From a virus (taxonomy: Duplodnaviria; Caudoviricetes): DNA of 35,423 bases. The position numbers and the translations under genes are program-made. The DNA lies in the IMG/VR virus record IMGVR_UViG_3300033076_001273, positions 1-35,423 of that record. The stretch is one strand, 5' to 3'. Of the stretch, positions 24,664-33,427 are shown one piece after another. Numbering within the stretch: position 1 is the stretch's first letter; each line of letters opens with the position of its first letter. Below the pieces are notes generated by a model. It worked only from the letters and a program-made list of their open reading frames with translations, made no database searches and was not told the origin of the DNA.

Positions 24664-25718
24664 GAGACTTATTAGAAGCAGAAGAATTTATGAGGCCACC
24701 AATATGTGATGTTGAACCTAAAAAGACCAAAAGGTCACAGGTTACTTCAACGCCTCTTTTTCAACACGACGATATCGTTTACAATAACATTACATATCCT
24801 AACACAGCTGACATTAAATTAAAAGATGGCAAGCCGACAGAAAGTTGGATGAAGAATTGGACTGAAGAGGAGCGCTTGGACAAGTTCTTTGAGTTTTGTC
24901 AAGTATTTGATAAGCGAGAAGATCAGTTGCTGGCTGAAGACTATCAGATCTTCTCCCATCGCTTACATTGGCATGAACATCCGTTTTGTGACCTAATGCA
25001 ATCGGTTACGAATAGTAGAGATCGCCTTTGGTACACACTAGTGTTCTCTTTTACTAATGAACACTGGGGAACTTTAACAAAATTAGTTAATGAGGGTGAG
25101 GATGCTCTTAAAGCACATTTTAAAGAAAACAGGCACGCTCGAAATGATTTGTTTCAGATCTATTATCCAAAAGGAACTGACGTTAAGGAATGGTTACTAT
25201 GGGGACCTAAAAAGGCTGCTGACAAAATGGCACATGTTTTAGACAATCTTGACAGACCTTACACTATGATGGAGTTTGCTAAGATTATGGAGAAGTATTT
25301 TAAAGAAGATCAAAACTTCAGAAGTCCTTTGTATCCTTGTAAAAATACAGCCAGATATTTAGCCATGGCTTATCCTCATTTGGTAGATCCAGAAACACCA
25401 TTATATGGCGGTACTGGTCACTTTCAAGGCTTACAACAAATCTTTAGCGGTCCATACTTAAATGGTAAAGTAAAGTATTCTATAGGCAAAGATGGTGAAT
25501 TTATCGCTGAAAACAAATATGCTGAAACTTGGTTGGAGCAAATGGAAAAGTTAGTTAACGATCTTAGAAACCCAATGACTAGTCAAAAATGGTTAAACAT
25601 CGAAGATAAGACGTGCTTCTTTTACAAGCATATTGCAATTACACACGGCGTTAAGTCACCAACCAAAAGAATACCATATACTTGGATATTCCCAGAAACC
25701 TTTTCATTAAAGAAATAA
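24660..25718 (+). CDS. divergent 5-hmU DNA kinase / aGPT-Pplase1-like helical protein (paralog 2)
   Basis: LVFSFTN, PHLVDPETPLYGGTGHFQGL, NIEDKTCFFYKH; C-terminal half parallels paralog 1. Confidence 0.45.
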   Translation: MRDLLEAEEFMRPPICDVEPKKTKRSQVTSTPLFQHDDIVYNNITYPNTADIKLKDGKPTESWMKNWTEEERLDKFFEFCQVFDKREDQLLAEDYQIFSHRLHWHEHPFCDLMQSVTNSRDRLWYTLVFSFTNEHWGTLTKLVNEGEDALKAHFKENRHARNDLFQIYYPKGTDVKEWLLWGPKKAADKMAHVLDNLDRPYTMMEFAKIMEKYFKEDQNFRSPLYPCKNTARYLAMAYPHLVDPETPLYGGTGHFQGLQQIFSGPYLNGKVKYSIGKDGEFIAENKYAETWLEQMEKLVNDLRNPMTSQKWLNIEDKTCFFYKHIAITHGVKSPTKRIPYTWIFPETFSLKK

Positions 25719-25719
25719 T

Positions 25720-26601
25720 ATGTCACACAATAATCATACAAAAAGTAAGTTCAATCAAGATCTTAATTTGGCTTATCCAAATAGAGATGCATGGTTAGAA
25801 TTAGCAGGAGATTGGAAAGATCCATTCGATGCACCTATAGTAAAAGAACACGAAGGTTTTAATGTAGTTCGAGAGGATTTAATGGGCTTTGGTTCTAAGT
25901 GTCGCTTTGGTGATATTTTAGTTTCAACTTGTCAATCAGATACATTAGTGTATGTTCAACCTCGATATGGATTTGCTGGAATTTCATTAGCTTATTTAGC
26001 TGAGAAGTACAATAAGAAATTGGTTCTTTTTAGTCCATCTCAAAAAGAAATTTCAGATCATCAAGCTATTTGTATTGAAAGAGGTGCAGATATGAGATTC
26101 AGAAGAATTGCAGCGATGCCTAATTTAAACAAGATTGCAAAAGATTGGGCTCAAGAAAACAATGCATTCTTTATCCCGCTTGGATTACGTCACGAATTAG
26201 TTACCGCCGCGGCAGTTAAAGTAGCTTATGATTTAGCACAAGTACATGGAGAACCTAAAGAAGTTTGGTCAGCTATTTCTACTGGAGTTTTATCAAGAGC
26301 TTTACAAATCGCATGGCCAAATGCAGACTTTAATGCAGTAGCAGTTGCACGTAATATCAAAGATGGTGAATTAGGAAGAGCAACAGTTTGGTCACATCCA
26401 AAAGAATTTAGCCAAAACGTTGCACCACAATATGAACCACCGTTTCCTTCAGCATTAAACTACGATGCTAAAGCATGGGAATTCATGGTTAAGCATGGTA
26501 ACGAAGGCGCATGGTTTTGGAATGTAGGTGGAGATCCTAAACCAGCATTTTTAGACAAATCAACAATAAAATCAGAAAGAGCTTGGGGAGAAATCGTATG
26601 A
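25720..26601 (+). CDS. PLP-dependent enzyme, fold type II
   Basis: VVREDL..GSKCR (Schiff-base Lys), GFAGISLA, FIPLG, WSAISTGVL, NYDAKAW, WFWNVG. Confidence 0.75.
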   Translation: MSHNNHTKSKFNQDLNLAYPNRDAWLELAGDWKDPFDAPIVKEHEGFNVVREDLMGFGSKCRFGDILVSTCQSDTLVYVQPRYGFAGISLAYLAEKYNKKLVLFSPSQKEISDHQAICIERGADMRFRRIAAMPNLNKIAKDWAQENNAFFIPLGLRHELVTAAAVKVAYDLAQVHGEPKEVWSAISTGVLSRALQIAWPNADFNAVAVARNIKDGELGRATVWSHPKEFSQNVAPQYEPPFPSALNYDAKAWEFMVKHGNEGAWFWNVGGDPKPAFLDKSTIKSERAWGEIV

Positions 26602-26813
26602 TAAACGGATTTAAAGAATTTATGACATACGTTCTGGTCTTAGTATGCGGTATTGGCATTTCAATAGGATCAGTTATTATCATTGCTGAAATACTAGACG
26701 TATTGACGGTAAGACACAACTATTTTTGGTCACTCATAATATTTTTCTTAATTACATCGGGTATAACTATAGCTTCAGTATATTTAGAAAACAAAAAGGA
26801 AGAGGATAGATAA
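26598..26813 (+). CDS. small membrane protein
   Basis: Two hydrophobic helices; ATGA overlap with the PLP gene stop. Confidence 0.65.
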   Translation: MINGFKEFMTYVLVLVCGIGISIGSVIIIAEILDVLTVRHNYFWSLIIFFLITSGITIASVYLENKKEEDR

Positions 26814-26816
26814 GAT

Positions 26817-27017
26817 ATGATTACAAACACTGACACATTAAAGAAGGTTATTTTGGTACTAGTTGCATCATCAGCAGGCGCGACTGGTCTTAATCTAGCA
26901 TTTGAGAAAACATTAACGTATTTCAATATTCAACATAATGAATACGTTATTTGTGGATTAAGTGTTTTAATCGCAATAGGCACGGCTTGGTTTATACTCA
27001 GAAAAAAACATAGGTGA
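26817..27017 (+). CDS. small membrane protein
   Basis: Two hydrophobic helices and a basic C-terminus. Confidence 0.65.
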   Translation: MITNTDTLKKVILVLVASSAGATGLNLAFEKTLTYFNIQHNEYVICGLSVLIAIGTAWFILRKKHR

Positions 27018-27037
27018 TTTAATGAGAAATCGAATTT

Positions 27038-27072
27038 AAAAGCCCTCCTATTAACGTAGAGAGGGCTTTTTT
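27038..27072 (+). terminator. intrinsic terminator closing the modification operon
   Basis: AAAAGCCCTC..GAGGGCTTTTTT. Confidence 0.8.
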
Positions 27073-27128
27073 AGTTTATGACTCATTGAAACAAACAACA
27101 ATAAACATATAAAAATAAAAACAGAATC

Positions 27129-27581
27129 ATGAAATTTAAAAGACTATCAGATTTAGAAGAAGTAGAAATTGGCAAATATGTAGCTGAATACATGGCCAAT
27201 AACGAAAATGTAACTCTATACGTGGGTTGTGATAGTCAGAATAGGGCTGTTACTACACACTATGTTACTACAATTGTAATGCACATTGGTGAAACAGGAT
27301 GTCACGTTATCTACAAGAGAGATATTGTGCCACGTATTTATGATATGTGGACTCGCTTATGGAACGAGGTTGAAAAATCAGTGGCTGTGGCATTATATTT
27401 GAAGGAATGTGGTGTAGAAGTTGATAATATTGACTTGGATTTAAACAGCGATGCTGTGAATGCTTCTAACAAATTAGTGGCTGCTGCAACAGGATATGTT
27501 CATTCATTAGGTATTGCCCCGAGGATTAAACCAGAAGTTTTGCCAGCAGTGCATGCTGCCGATAATTTGGTCCATAAATAA
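27129..27581 (+). CDS. RNase H-like YkuK (DUF458) family protein
   Basis: LYVGCDSQ, RLWNEV..S, IDLDLN, IKP...AAD. Confidence 0.75.
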   Translation: MKFKRLSDLEEVEIGKYVAEYMANNENVTLYVGCDSQNRAVTTHYVTTIVMHIGETGCHVIYKRDIVPRIYDMWTRLWNEVEKSVAVALYLKECGVEVDNIDLDLNSDAVNASNKLVAAATGYVHSLGIAPRIKPEVLPAVHAADNLVHK

Positions 27582-27606
27582 ACAATTCGTGAAAACTGAG
27601 TACAAT
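27578..27606 (+). promoter_or_regulatory. class B-like promoter
   Basis: ATAAAC-N17-TACAAT. Confidence 0.45.
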
Positions 27607-27633
27607 ATATAGTTTGAAAATACAATAACATAC

Positions 27634-29640
27634 ATGGATAGAATGGACGATAATAGCTTTAACAGCAACAAGAAAAAACCTTCTGGCAAAACACCATACT
27701 TGGATTCCTTCGGAGAAGATTTAACAAAGATGGCAGAAGAAAAGAAACTTGATCCAATAATTGGTAGAGATGAAGAAATTCAGAGAATTTGTCAAATCTT
27801 AGCCCGTAGAAAAAAGAACAATCCTATTATTTTAGGAGATCCAGGTGTTGGTAAAACTGCAATTGTGGAAGCTATTGCTCAACGCATCGTTGAAAAGAAA
27901 GTTGCTAGAGTATTATTAGGCAAGCGCTTAGTTTCAATCAATATGGCAAGCATTGTCGCTGGTACTAAATATAGAGGTGAATTCGAGGAAAGAATGAAAG
28001 CCATCGTTGATGAACTTAAAGAGAATCCTGATGTTATCATTTTTGTTGATGAAATTCATACAGTAGTTGGTGCAGGTGGTGTTAGCGGTTCTTTAGATGC
28101 ATCTAATATTCTTAAGCCAGCGTTGGCAAGAGGACAAGTACAATGTATTGGTGCTACAACGCTAGATGAATATCGTGAAAACATTGAAGATGATGGAGCA
28201 TTGACTCGTCGTTTCCAAGAAGTATTCATTGATCCACCAAGTGTTGATGAGACAGTAGAGATCTTACAAAGAATTAAAGGTCAATATGAAGAACACCATG
28301 CTGTGAGTTATACAGATGAGGCCTTAATTGCGTGTGCAAGAATGTCTGATCGGTATATTACTCAACGTGAATTGCCAGATAAGGCAATTGATGTGATGGA
28401 TGAAGCAGGTGCAAAAATGCATATCGCTGAAGTTAAATTGCCTCTTTCTATTAAAAAGATCGAAGCTGAAGTTGAAGCTATCAAACTTAAAAAGCTTGAT
28501 TATGTTAAGAAGCAAGATTACGAAGGAGCTGCAACATACAGAGATAAAGAAATTGCTAAGAAGAAAGAGTTAGAAGATAAGTTAGCAGAATGGGAAAACT
28601 CTTTGAGTAAAGAAAAGAAATTGATCTTAGAAGAGCACATTGCAGATGTTATCGCTCAACAAACTGGTATTCCAGTAAGTAGATTAAAAGACGGTGACCA
28701 GAAAGCTCTTATGAAACTAGGTGAAGATTTAAAGGCACAAGTTATTGGACAAGACGAAGCTGTTGAAGCACTTGCTAAAGTTATTAGAAGATCTAGAGCT
28801 GGAGTTTCAAATCCAAATAAACCTATCGGATCATTTATGTTTATCGGTCCAACTGGTGTTGGTAAAACAGAAACTGTAAAAGCTTTAACACGTCAAATGT
28901 TTGGTACTGATGAATCTCTTATCAAGATTGATATGAGTGAATATCAAGAAAAGTTCAATGTAAGCAGATTGATCGGAGCGCCTCCGGGATATGTTGGTCA
29001 CGAAGATGGTGGACAATTAACAGAAGCAGTAAGACGTAAGCCTTATTCAGTAGTTCTTTTTGATGAGGTTGAAAAAGCTCACCCAGATATTTTTCACACA
29101 TTGCTTCAAGTATTAGATGAAGGTCGTTTGACAGATTCATTAGGTCGTACAGTTGATTTTAGAAATACAATCATCGTTATGACATCAAACATTGGAGCTA
29201 GAAAGGTTGCAGATTTTGGAACTGGAATTGGCTTCAAAGGTGAAGGAGATGAGATAATGCAAAGAGCTAAAGTAGATTCTATTATTAAGAAAGAATTAAA
29301 GACTAAATTTGCTCCTGAGTTCTTGAACAGATTAGATGATATTATCCTATTTGAAGATCTTAAGAAAGAATCAATCATCAAAATTATTGATATTGAATTG
29401 AGCAAATTAAAAGAAAGAATGATCGAACAAGGTTATAACCTAACATTCGGTAAGCCTTTAAAAGAATTCATTGCTGAAGTTGGTTACGATCCAGCATTTG
29501 GTGCTCGACCTCTTAAAAGAGCAATTCAACACCACGTCGAAGATGTTCTATCAGATGCTATTATTATGGACAGCATCAAAGATTCAAACAAAGTTAACAT
29601 TACATACGATAAGAAAACCGATAAGGTTATCATCAAATAA
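27634..29640 (+). CDS. clpC: ClpC-like Hsp100 ATPase lacking the Clp N-domain
   Basis: LDPIIGR, RRKKNNP, GDPGVGKT, GTKYRGEFEER, UVR-type QDYEGAA..RD, GPTGVGKTE, GAPPGYVG, IGF loop, FGARPLKR. Confidence 0.9.
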   Translation: MDRMDDNSFNSNKKKPSGKTPYLDSFGEDLTKMAEEKKLDPIIGRDEEIQRICQILARRKKNNPIILGDPGVGKTAIVEAIAQRIVEKKVARVLLGKRLVSINMASIVAGTKYRGEFEERMKAIVDELKENPDVIIFVDEIHTVVGAGGVSGSLDASNILKPALARGQVQCIGATTLDEYRENIEDDGALTRRFQEVFIDPPSVDETVEILQRIKGQYEEHHAVSYTDEALIACARMSDRYITQRELPDKAIDVMDEAGAKMHIAEVKLPLSIKKIEAEVEAIKLKKLDYVKKQDYEGAATYRDKEIAKKKELEDKLAEWENSLSKEKKLILEEHIADVIAQQTGIPVSRLKDGDQKALMKLGEDLKAQVIGQDEAVEALAKVIRRSRAGVSNPNKPIGSFMFIGPTGVGKTETVKALTRQMFGTDESLIKIDMSEYQEKFNVSRLIGAPPGYVGHEDGGQLTEAVRRKPYSVVLFDEVEKAHPDIFHTLLQVLDEGRLTDSLGRTVDFRNTIIVMTSNIGARKVADFGTGIGFKGEGDEIMQRAKVDSIIKKELKTKFAPEFLNRLDDIILFEDLKKESIIKIIDIELSKLKERMIEQGYNLTFGKPLKEFIAEVGYDPAFGARPLKRAIQHHVEDVLSDAIIMDSIKDSNKVNITYDKKTDKVIIK

Positions 29641-29643
29641 ACG

Positions 29644-29667
29644 AAGGCGCTTTAAGCGCCTTTTTTT
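29644..29667 (+). terminator. intrinsic terminator
   Basis: AAGGCGC-TTTAA-GCGCCTT plus T-run. Confidence 0.85.
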
Positions 29668-29696
29668 ATAAACAAAAACACATTTTAACGTATAAG
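29668..29696 (+). promoter_or_regulatory. class B-like promoter
   Basis: ATAAAC-N17-TATAAG directly after the terminator. Confidence 0.55.
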
Positions 29697-29715
29697 ATCT
29701 AAACATTAAACTAAC

Positions 29716-30564
29716 ATGATTATTTATAGTATAAACGAAGAATTCCAAGCATTTTTAGATCGTTGCGAATCTGAATCAGCTCCAAGAGGTTTAAAAGTAC
29801 GTGAATCTCTTTTAGAATCATTAGACTTGATCCCAACTAAAACAATAGCTAATTTTGAAAATAGACCATTTAATTTTAAGTATTTCTGTGGTGAATTAGC
29901 ATGGTATATGAACAAAAATAATGACATTGATTATATCGGTCAATTCTCTAACTTTTGGAAAAACATCACAAATCCAGGTACAAATGAAATCAATTCAAAT
30001 TACGGTACTCTTTTATTTGGTAAGCAACTTCAATGGGTTGTAGATAGTCTTAAAAAAGATCCAAACTCACGTCAAGCTATTGCATTTGTAAATAGACCAG
30101 ATTTTCAATTTGAAGGCAATAAAGACTTCGTTTGTACAATGTACTTAAACTTCTTTATTAGAGAAGATGTGTTGCACATGAAAGTTCAAATGAGATCTAA
30201 CGATATATTTTATGGTTTGACTTATGATGCTCCTTTCTTTAGTTTCGTAATGCAACACGTTTATTTGTGGCTCAAACCAACTTATCCAAAATTAGAATTA
30301 GGTGGATACTTACATTTTGCAGATAACATGCATTATTACGAACCGCACTTTGAGCTTGCTGAACAAATCATGGAAGCTGATGTTTCTAAAACTGACAAAT
30401 ACGAATTTACTCTAACAGAACCATTCTTTGAATTAAACGAAGGTGATATGATTATTACATCTCATGGGAATGATTTTGTAAATGAAGTAAATACCTTAAT
30501 ACAAGATACTAGCAATAAACAAATCGATTGGTGTAATTTATTAGCGAAGTATGTTAAAATATAA
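29716..30564 (+). CDS. thymidylate-synthase-fold enzyme, T4 gp42-like dCMP hydroxymethylase
   Basis: EINSNYG, DPNSRQA, DFVCT (catalytic Cys), MRSNDIFYGLTYD with Asp at the Asn177(TS)/Asp179(gp42) specificity position, MHYY. Confidence 0.75.
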   Translation: MIIYSINEEFQAFLDRCESESAPRGLKVRESLLESLDLIPTKTIANFENRPFNFKYFCGELAWYMNKNNDIDYIGQFSNFWKNITNPGTNEINSNYGTLLFGKQLQWVVDSLKKDPNSRQAIAFVNRPDFQFEGNKDFVCTMYLNFFIREDVLHMKVQMRSNDIFYGLTYDAPFFSFVMQHVYLWLKPTYPKLELGGYLHFADNMHYYEPHFELAEQIMEADVSKTDKYEFTLTEPFFELNEGDMIITSHGNDFVNEVNTLIQDTSNKQIDWCNLLAKYVKI

Positions 30565-30574
30565 GGATAACATT

Positions 30575-30895
30575 ATGGATCGCAAGATTCCCATCTACAG
30601 AATCAAAAGCAATAGTCCTATTCAGGAAATGCGCTTAATGGTACAAGAGCAACAAGATGAATTGTACCGTGTAATTATCGAACATATCATGGAATGTATA
30701 GATGGTGAAGCCAATGAAGGTGAAACTTTAGCATATATCATAGATGAAAACGATAATGAATATGATTTAAGTATCTTCAAGCAAAACTGGGCAGATGCTT
30801 TACTAAAAGCTAATGATTATTTCATCAGCATTGAAGAGTACGAAACGTGTGATTTGATTAAACAAATGATAAACATTATAAATAAAGACAAATGA
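30575..30895 (+). CDS. acidic hypothetical protein with C-terminal UVR-like motif
   Basis: IEEYETCDLIK; start 30575 or 30551. Confidence 0.65.
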   Translation: MDRKIPIYRIKSNSPIQEMRLMVQEQQDELYRVIIEHIMECIDGEANEGETLAYIIDENDNEYDLSIFKQNWADALLKANDYFISIEEYETCDLIKQMINIINKDK

Positions 30896-31563
30896 ATCTA
30901 GGAAAAGAATTCGGCAAATATGCAATGAGTGACCATGGAGTTAGCTCATTAAACTTACACTACTACCAAAAACAGATTGAAGGATCAATGACACCTTACA
31001 TCTTAGAAGAACGTCAATTGAGAGCTACTCAAATGGACATCTTTTCAAGATTAATGATGGATCGTTTATTATGGGTTGCAGGTGGAGTAGATGACAATAT
31101 GTCAACAATTGTACAAGCACAGTTGATGTTCTTAGACTCAGTTAATAAAGATGATATTACAATGCATATTGATTCACCAGGTGGATCTGTAAAATCAGGT
31201 CTTTCTATGGTCGATGTAATGGAATACATCAAATGCGACATCATCACTGTTAATACGGGAATGGCAGCATCTATGGGTTCTGTATTACTTGGAGCAGGAA
31301 CAAAAGGTAAACGTAGATCTTTACGACATAGTAGAGTTATGTTGCACCAATCTTCGGGTGGATTTAGAGGTAATATTCAAGATGCTGAAATCGATTGGAA
31401 AGAATGGCAATTGGTAAACGAAGAGTTATTTATCCTCTTAGGAAGATATTGCGACAAATCTCCGGAGCAAGTTAAAGAAGATGCAAGTCGAGATTTCTGG
31501 TTAGGTGCAGAAGAAGCAGTCAAATATGGCATCATCGATAGCATCGTTAAGCCATTGCGCTAA
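30892..31563 (+). CDS. clpP: ATP-dependent Clp protease proteolytic subunit
   Basis: DIFSRLMMDR, IDSPGGSV, GMAASMGS (Ser), MLHQ (His), RDFW (Asp). Confidence 0.95.
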   Translation: MNLGKEFGKYAMSDHGVSSLNLHYYQKQIEGSMTPYILEERQLRATQMDIFSRLMMDRLLWVAGGVDDNMSTIVQAQLMFLDSVNKDDITMHIDSPGGSVKSGLSMVDVMEYIKCDIITVNTGMAASMGSVLLGAGTKGKRRSLRHSRVMLHQSSGGFRGNIQDAEIDWKEWQLVNEELFILLGRYCDKSPEQVKEDASRDFWLGAEEAVKYGIIDSIVKPLR

Positions 31564-31564
31564 T

Positions 31565-31593
31565 TGAAACTTAAAAAACATATTTCATATAAT
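31565..31593 (+). promoter_or_regulatory. class B promoter
   Basis: TGAAAC-N17-TATAAT, very close to ATG 31598. Confidence 0.6.
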
Positions 31594-31597
31594 TATT

Positions 31598-31795
31598 ATG
31601 ACAATCTACTTTTGGATCAAAGAAAAAGATTTGGTCAGTATGGACCTAATTCTTAAAGAACCATTATCACATCCGATAACGGAACCTATTCACATTTACT
31701 CAGAAAAAGTAGTACCCAAAAGTAGATTGATTTCAATATCGTATTCTGACTACATCTTCTTAGAAGATAGCAATCTAATCAAAAAAATATTTTAA
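31598..31795 (+). CDS. hypothetical protein
   Basis: 65 aa ORF in operon context. Confidence 0.6.
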   Translation: MTIYFWIKEKDLVSMDLILKEPLSHPITEPIHIYSEKVVPKSRLISISYSDYIFLEDSNLIKKIF

Positions 31796-31796
31796 T

Positions 31797-32105
31797 ATGA
31801 GACGAGACAAACAACGTGAAGTTTTTATAAAGCTAATTAACATGCAAATGGAACAGCATGGTTTGACTTACGAAGATATTAAGAATGATCCAAATTTCTA
31901 TAGAAATTACACAACTACTCCAGAAAGAGAAAGACAATGGATTAACGAAGGCGTAGAATTAATTAGAAAGGAATTAAAACTTTCTAAAAAGAATGCTGAA
32001 GTTGAAATGTCCTGGGTAGTTTTACAATGGGGTCTTACAATTCCTTCTACAGAATATACTCTTGATGAATATTTAGCATACAAAAGCGCACATAAGAATT
32101 CATAA
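31797..32105 (+). CDS. hypothetical protein
   Basis: 102 aa ORF, tightly packed. Confidence 0.7.
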   Translation: MRRDKQREVFIKLINMQMEQHGLTYEDIKNDPNFYRNYTTTPERERQWINEGVELIRKELKLSKKNAEVEMSWVVLQWGLTIPSTEYTLDEYLAYKSAHKNS

Positions 32106-32680
32106 TGAATCCTGTACAGATACATGCACGGTGGAGAAGATTCTATCCAGTTCTAAAGATACCTAAAAAGTACTTATACAAAGGTGCACCAGAGCTTATC
32201 CAGCGAATTGAATTCGGTGAGTTTGATACTGATCCTCTATTTGTTCAAGTTAAACTGGAAGAAGCCATAATACAATCTAAGATAGATCTTATTAATACTG
32301 AAATAATGGGTCCAGAAGCTCGAGAAGAGAAGATCCATTGGCATACCAAATCTAATAGAAAAAGAATTGGCATAATGCTAGAAAAACATCATGAAAATGA
32401 ATTCAAATTGTTGCGTTCTCTTAGAGATGCATTAGTCAAAGGTTTTGAAATGACAGAAGAACGTGTTGATCAGATTATGGAAACATGTGATGGAGATGCC
32501 AGATTTCTATTCTATTTTTGCCTTTATGAAAAAAGAGGTCAGATCTTGACCGAAGAGGAATATGATAAAATTCCAAGGTTGATTCAAGCACAACCTAAAC
32601 ACATCTTAAGAAAAAATCAAATCAAACATCAACAAACTTGGAATAAAATTGCAGAACAACTGCATGAAAAGTTACGCTAA
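32105..32680 (+). CDS. hypothetical protein
   Basis: 191 aa ORF with TAATG overlap. Confidence 0.7.
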   Translation: MNPVQIHARWRRFYPVLKIPKKYLYKGAPELIQRIEFGEFDTDPLFVQVKLEEAIIQSKIDLINTEIMGPEAREEKIHWHTKSNRKRIGIMLEKHHENEFKLLRSLRDALVKGFEMTEERVDQIMETCDGDARFLFYFCLYEKRGQILTEEEYDKIPRLIQAQPKHILRKNQIKHQQTWNKIAEQLHEKLR

Positions 32681-32690
32681 TATATAGCGT

Positions 32691-33386
32691 ATGGATGATC
32701 TGAGTTTCGAGTGGTTTGTAGAACCACCAATAGACATAGAGTATAAAAAATACAAATTGATGGCACAAATTTCGCGCCACCAGAAGAGTATTGCTGCGGG
32801 CCAACTTTTAACGGCCTTAGATCATACGGAAATTCAATTGGCAAATCTTTACAAGTTTATTCACTTTAAAGGAGAAATCGATGAAAAGAGAAAGATCCTA
32901 AAAGGCATAGACTTTGATAGTATGCAATTGGTTTATGAGATGCCCAAAGATGAGCCCGAAATAGAACAGTTAGTTAAGATAGCAGATTTCGCTATTGATA
33001 AATATGAAGAATTATACAGATCAATTAGAGATACTTGGAGAGAAGTAGAGTATCGCACATCATTGACTTATATTCCTTCACGTCCCATTCAACTAGGATC
33101 AGGCATAATTATCATACCTCATTCTAACAAATATCGAGTTTATGAATTTGGTTATCCTGCACATTTCGATGGAGATTGGCGAGGATTTAACTTGACTCAT
33201 ATCTTTGATAAAAACCAAACTGAAGATCAAATATCTAAAATTTTAGACTATGGAAAAAATAGTTTGGGTCACAATATTTTTATTAGAATATCAAGGGGGC
33301 TTGATTCGTACCATTTTCATGAAACAATTATTCCTGTAGTAAAACAAAAAGTTTTTTTAGATTTAAAAAAGAACTACTTCTTTTAA
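32691..33386 (+). CDS. hypothetical protein
   Basis: 231 aa ORF, WF..PID.EYKKY.L.A N-terminus. Confidence 0.7.
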   Translation: MDDLSFEWFVEPPIDIEYKKYKLMAQISRHQKSIAAGQLLTALDHTEIQLANLYKFIHFKGEIDEKRKILKGIDFDSMQLVYEMPKDEPEIEQLVKIADFAIDKYEELYRSIRDTWREVEYRTSLTYIPSRPIQLGSGIIIIPHSNKYRVYEFGYPAHFDGDWRGFNLTHIFDKNQTEDQISKILDYGKNSLGHNIFIRISRGLDSYHFHETIIPVVKQKVFLDLKKNYFF

Positions 33387-33427
33387 AGGATGATATATAC
33401 AAAAACGAAAAATAGATAATAATACAA

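Noticed and set aside
29716-30564. Canonical thymidylate synthase thyA
   Set aside because: Lacks PCH and the dUMP-specifying Asn; motifs match T4 gp42 better
32679-33400. ATATATA as a late-promoter motif (32680, 33393; also 27605, 5158)
   Set aside because: Plausible analogue of the T4 late promoter TATAAATA, but too short and too few copies in AT-rich DNA to support
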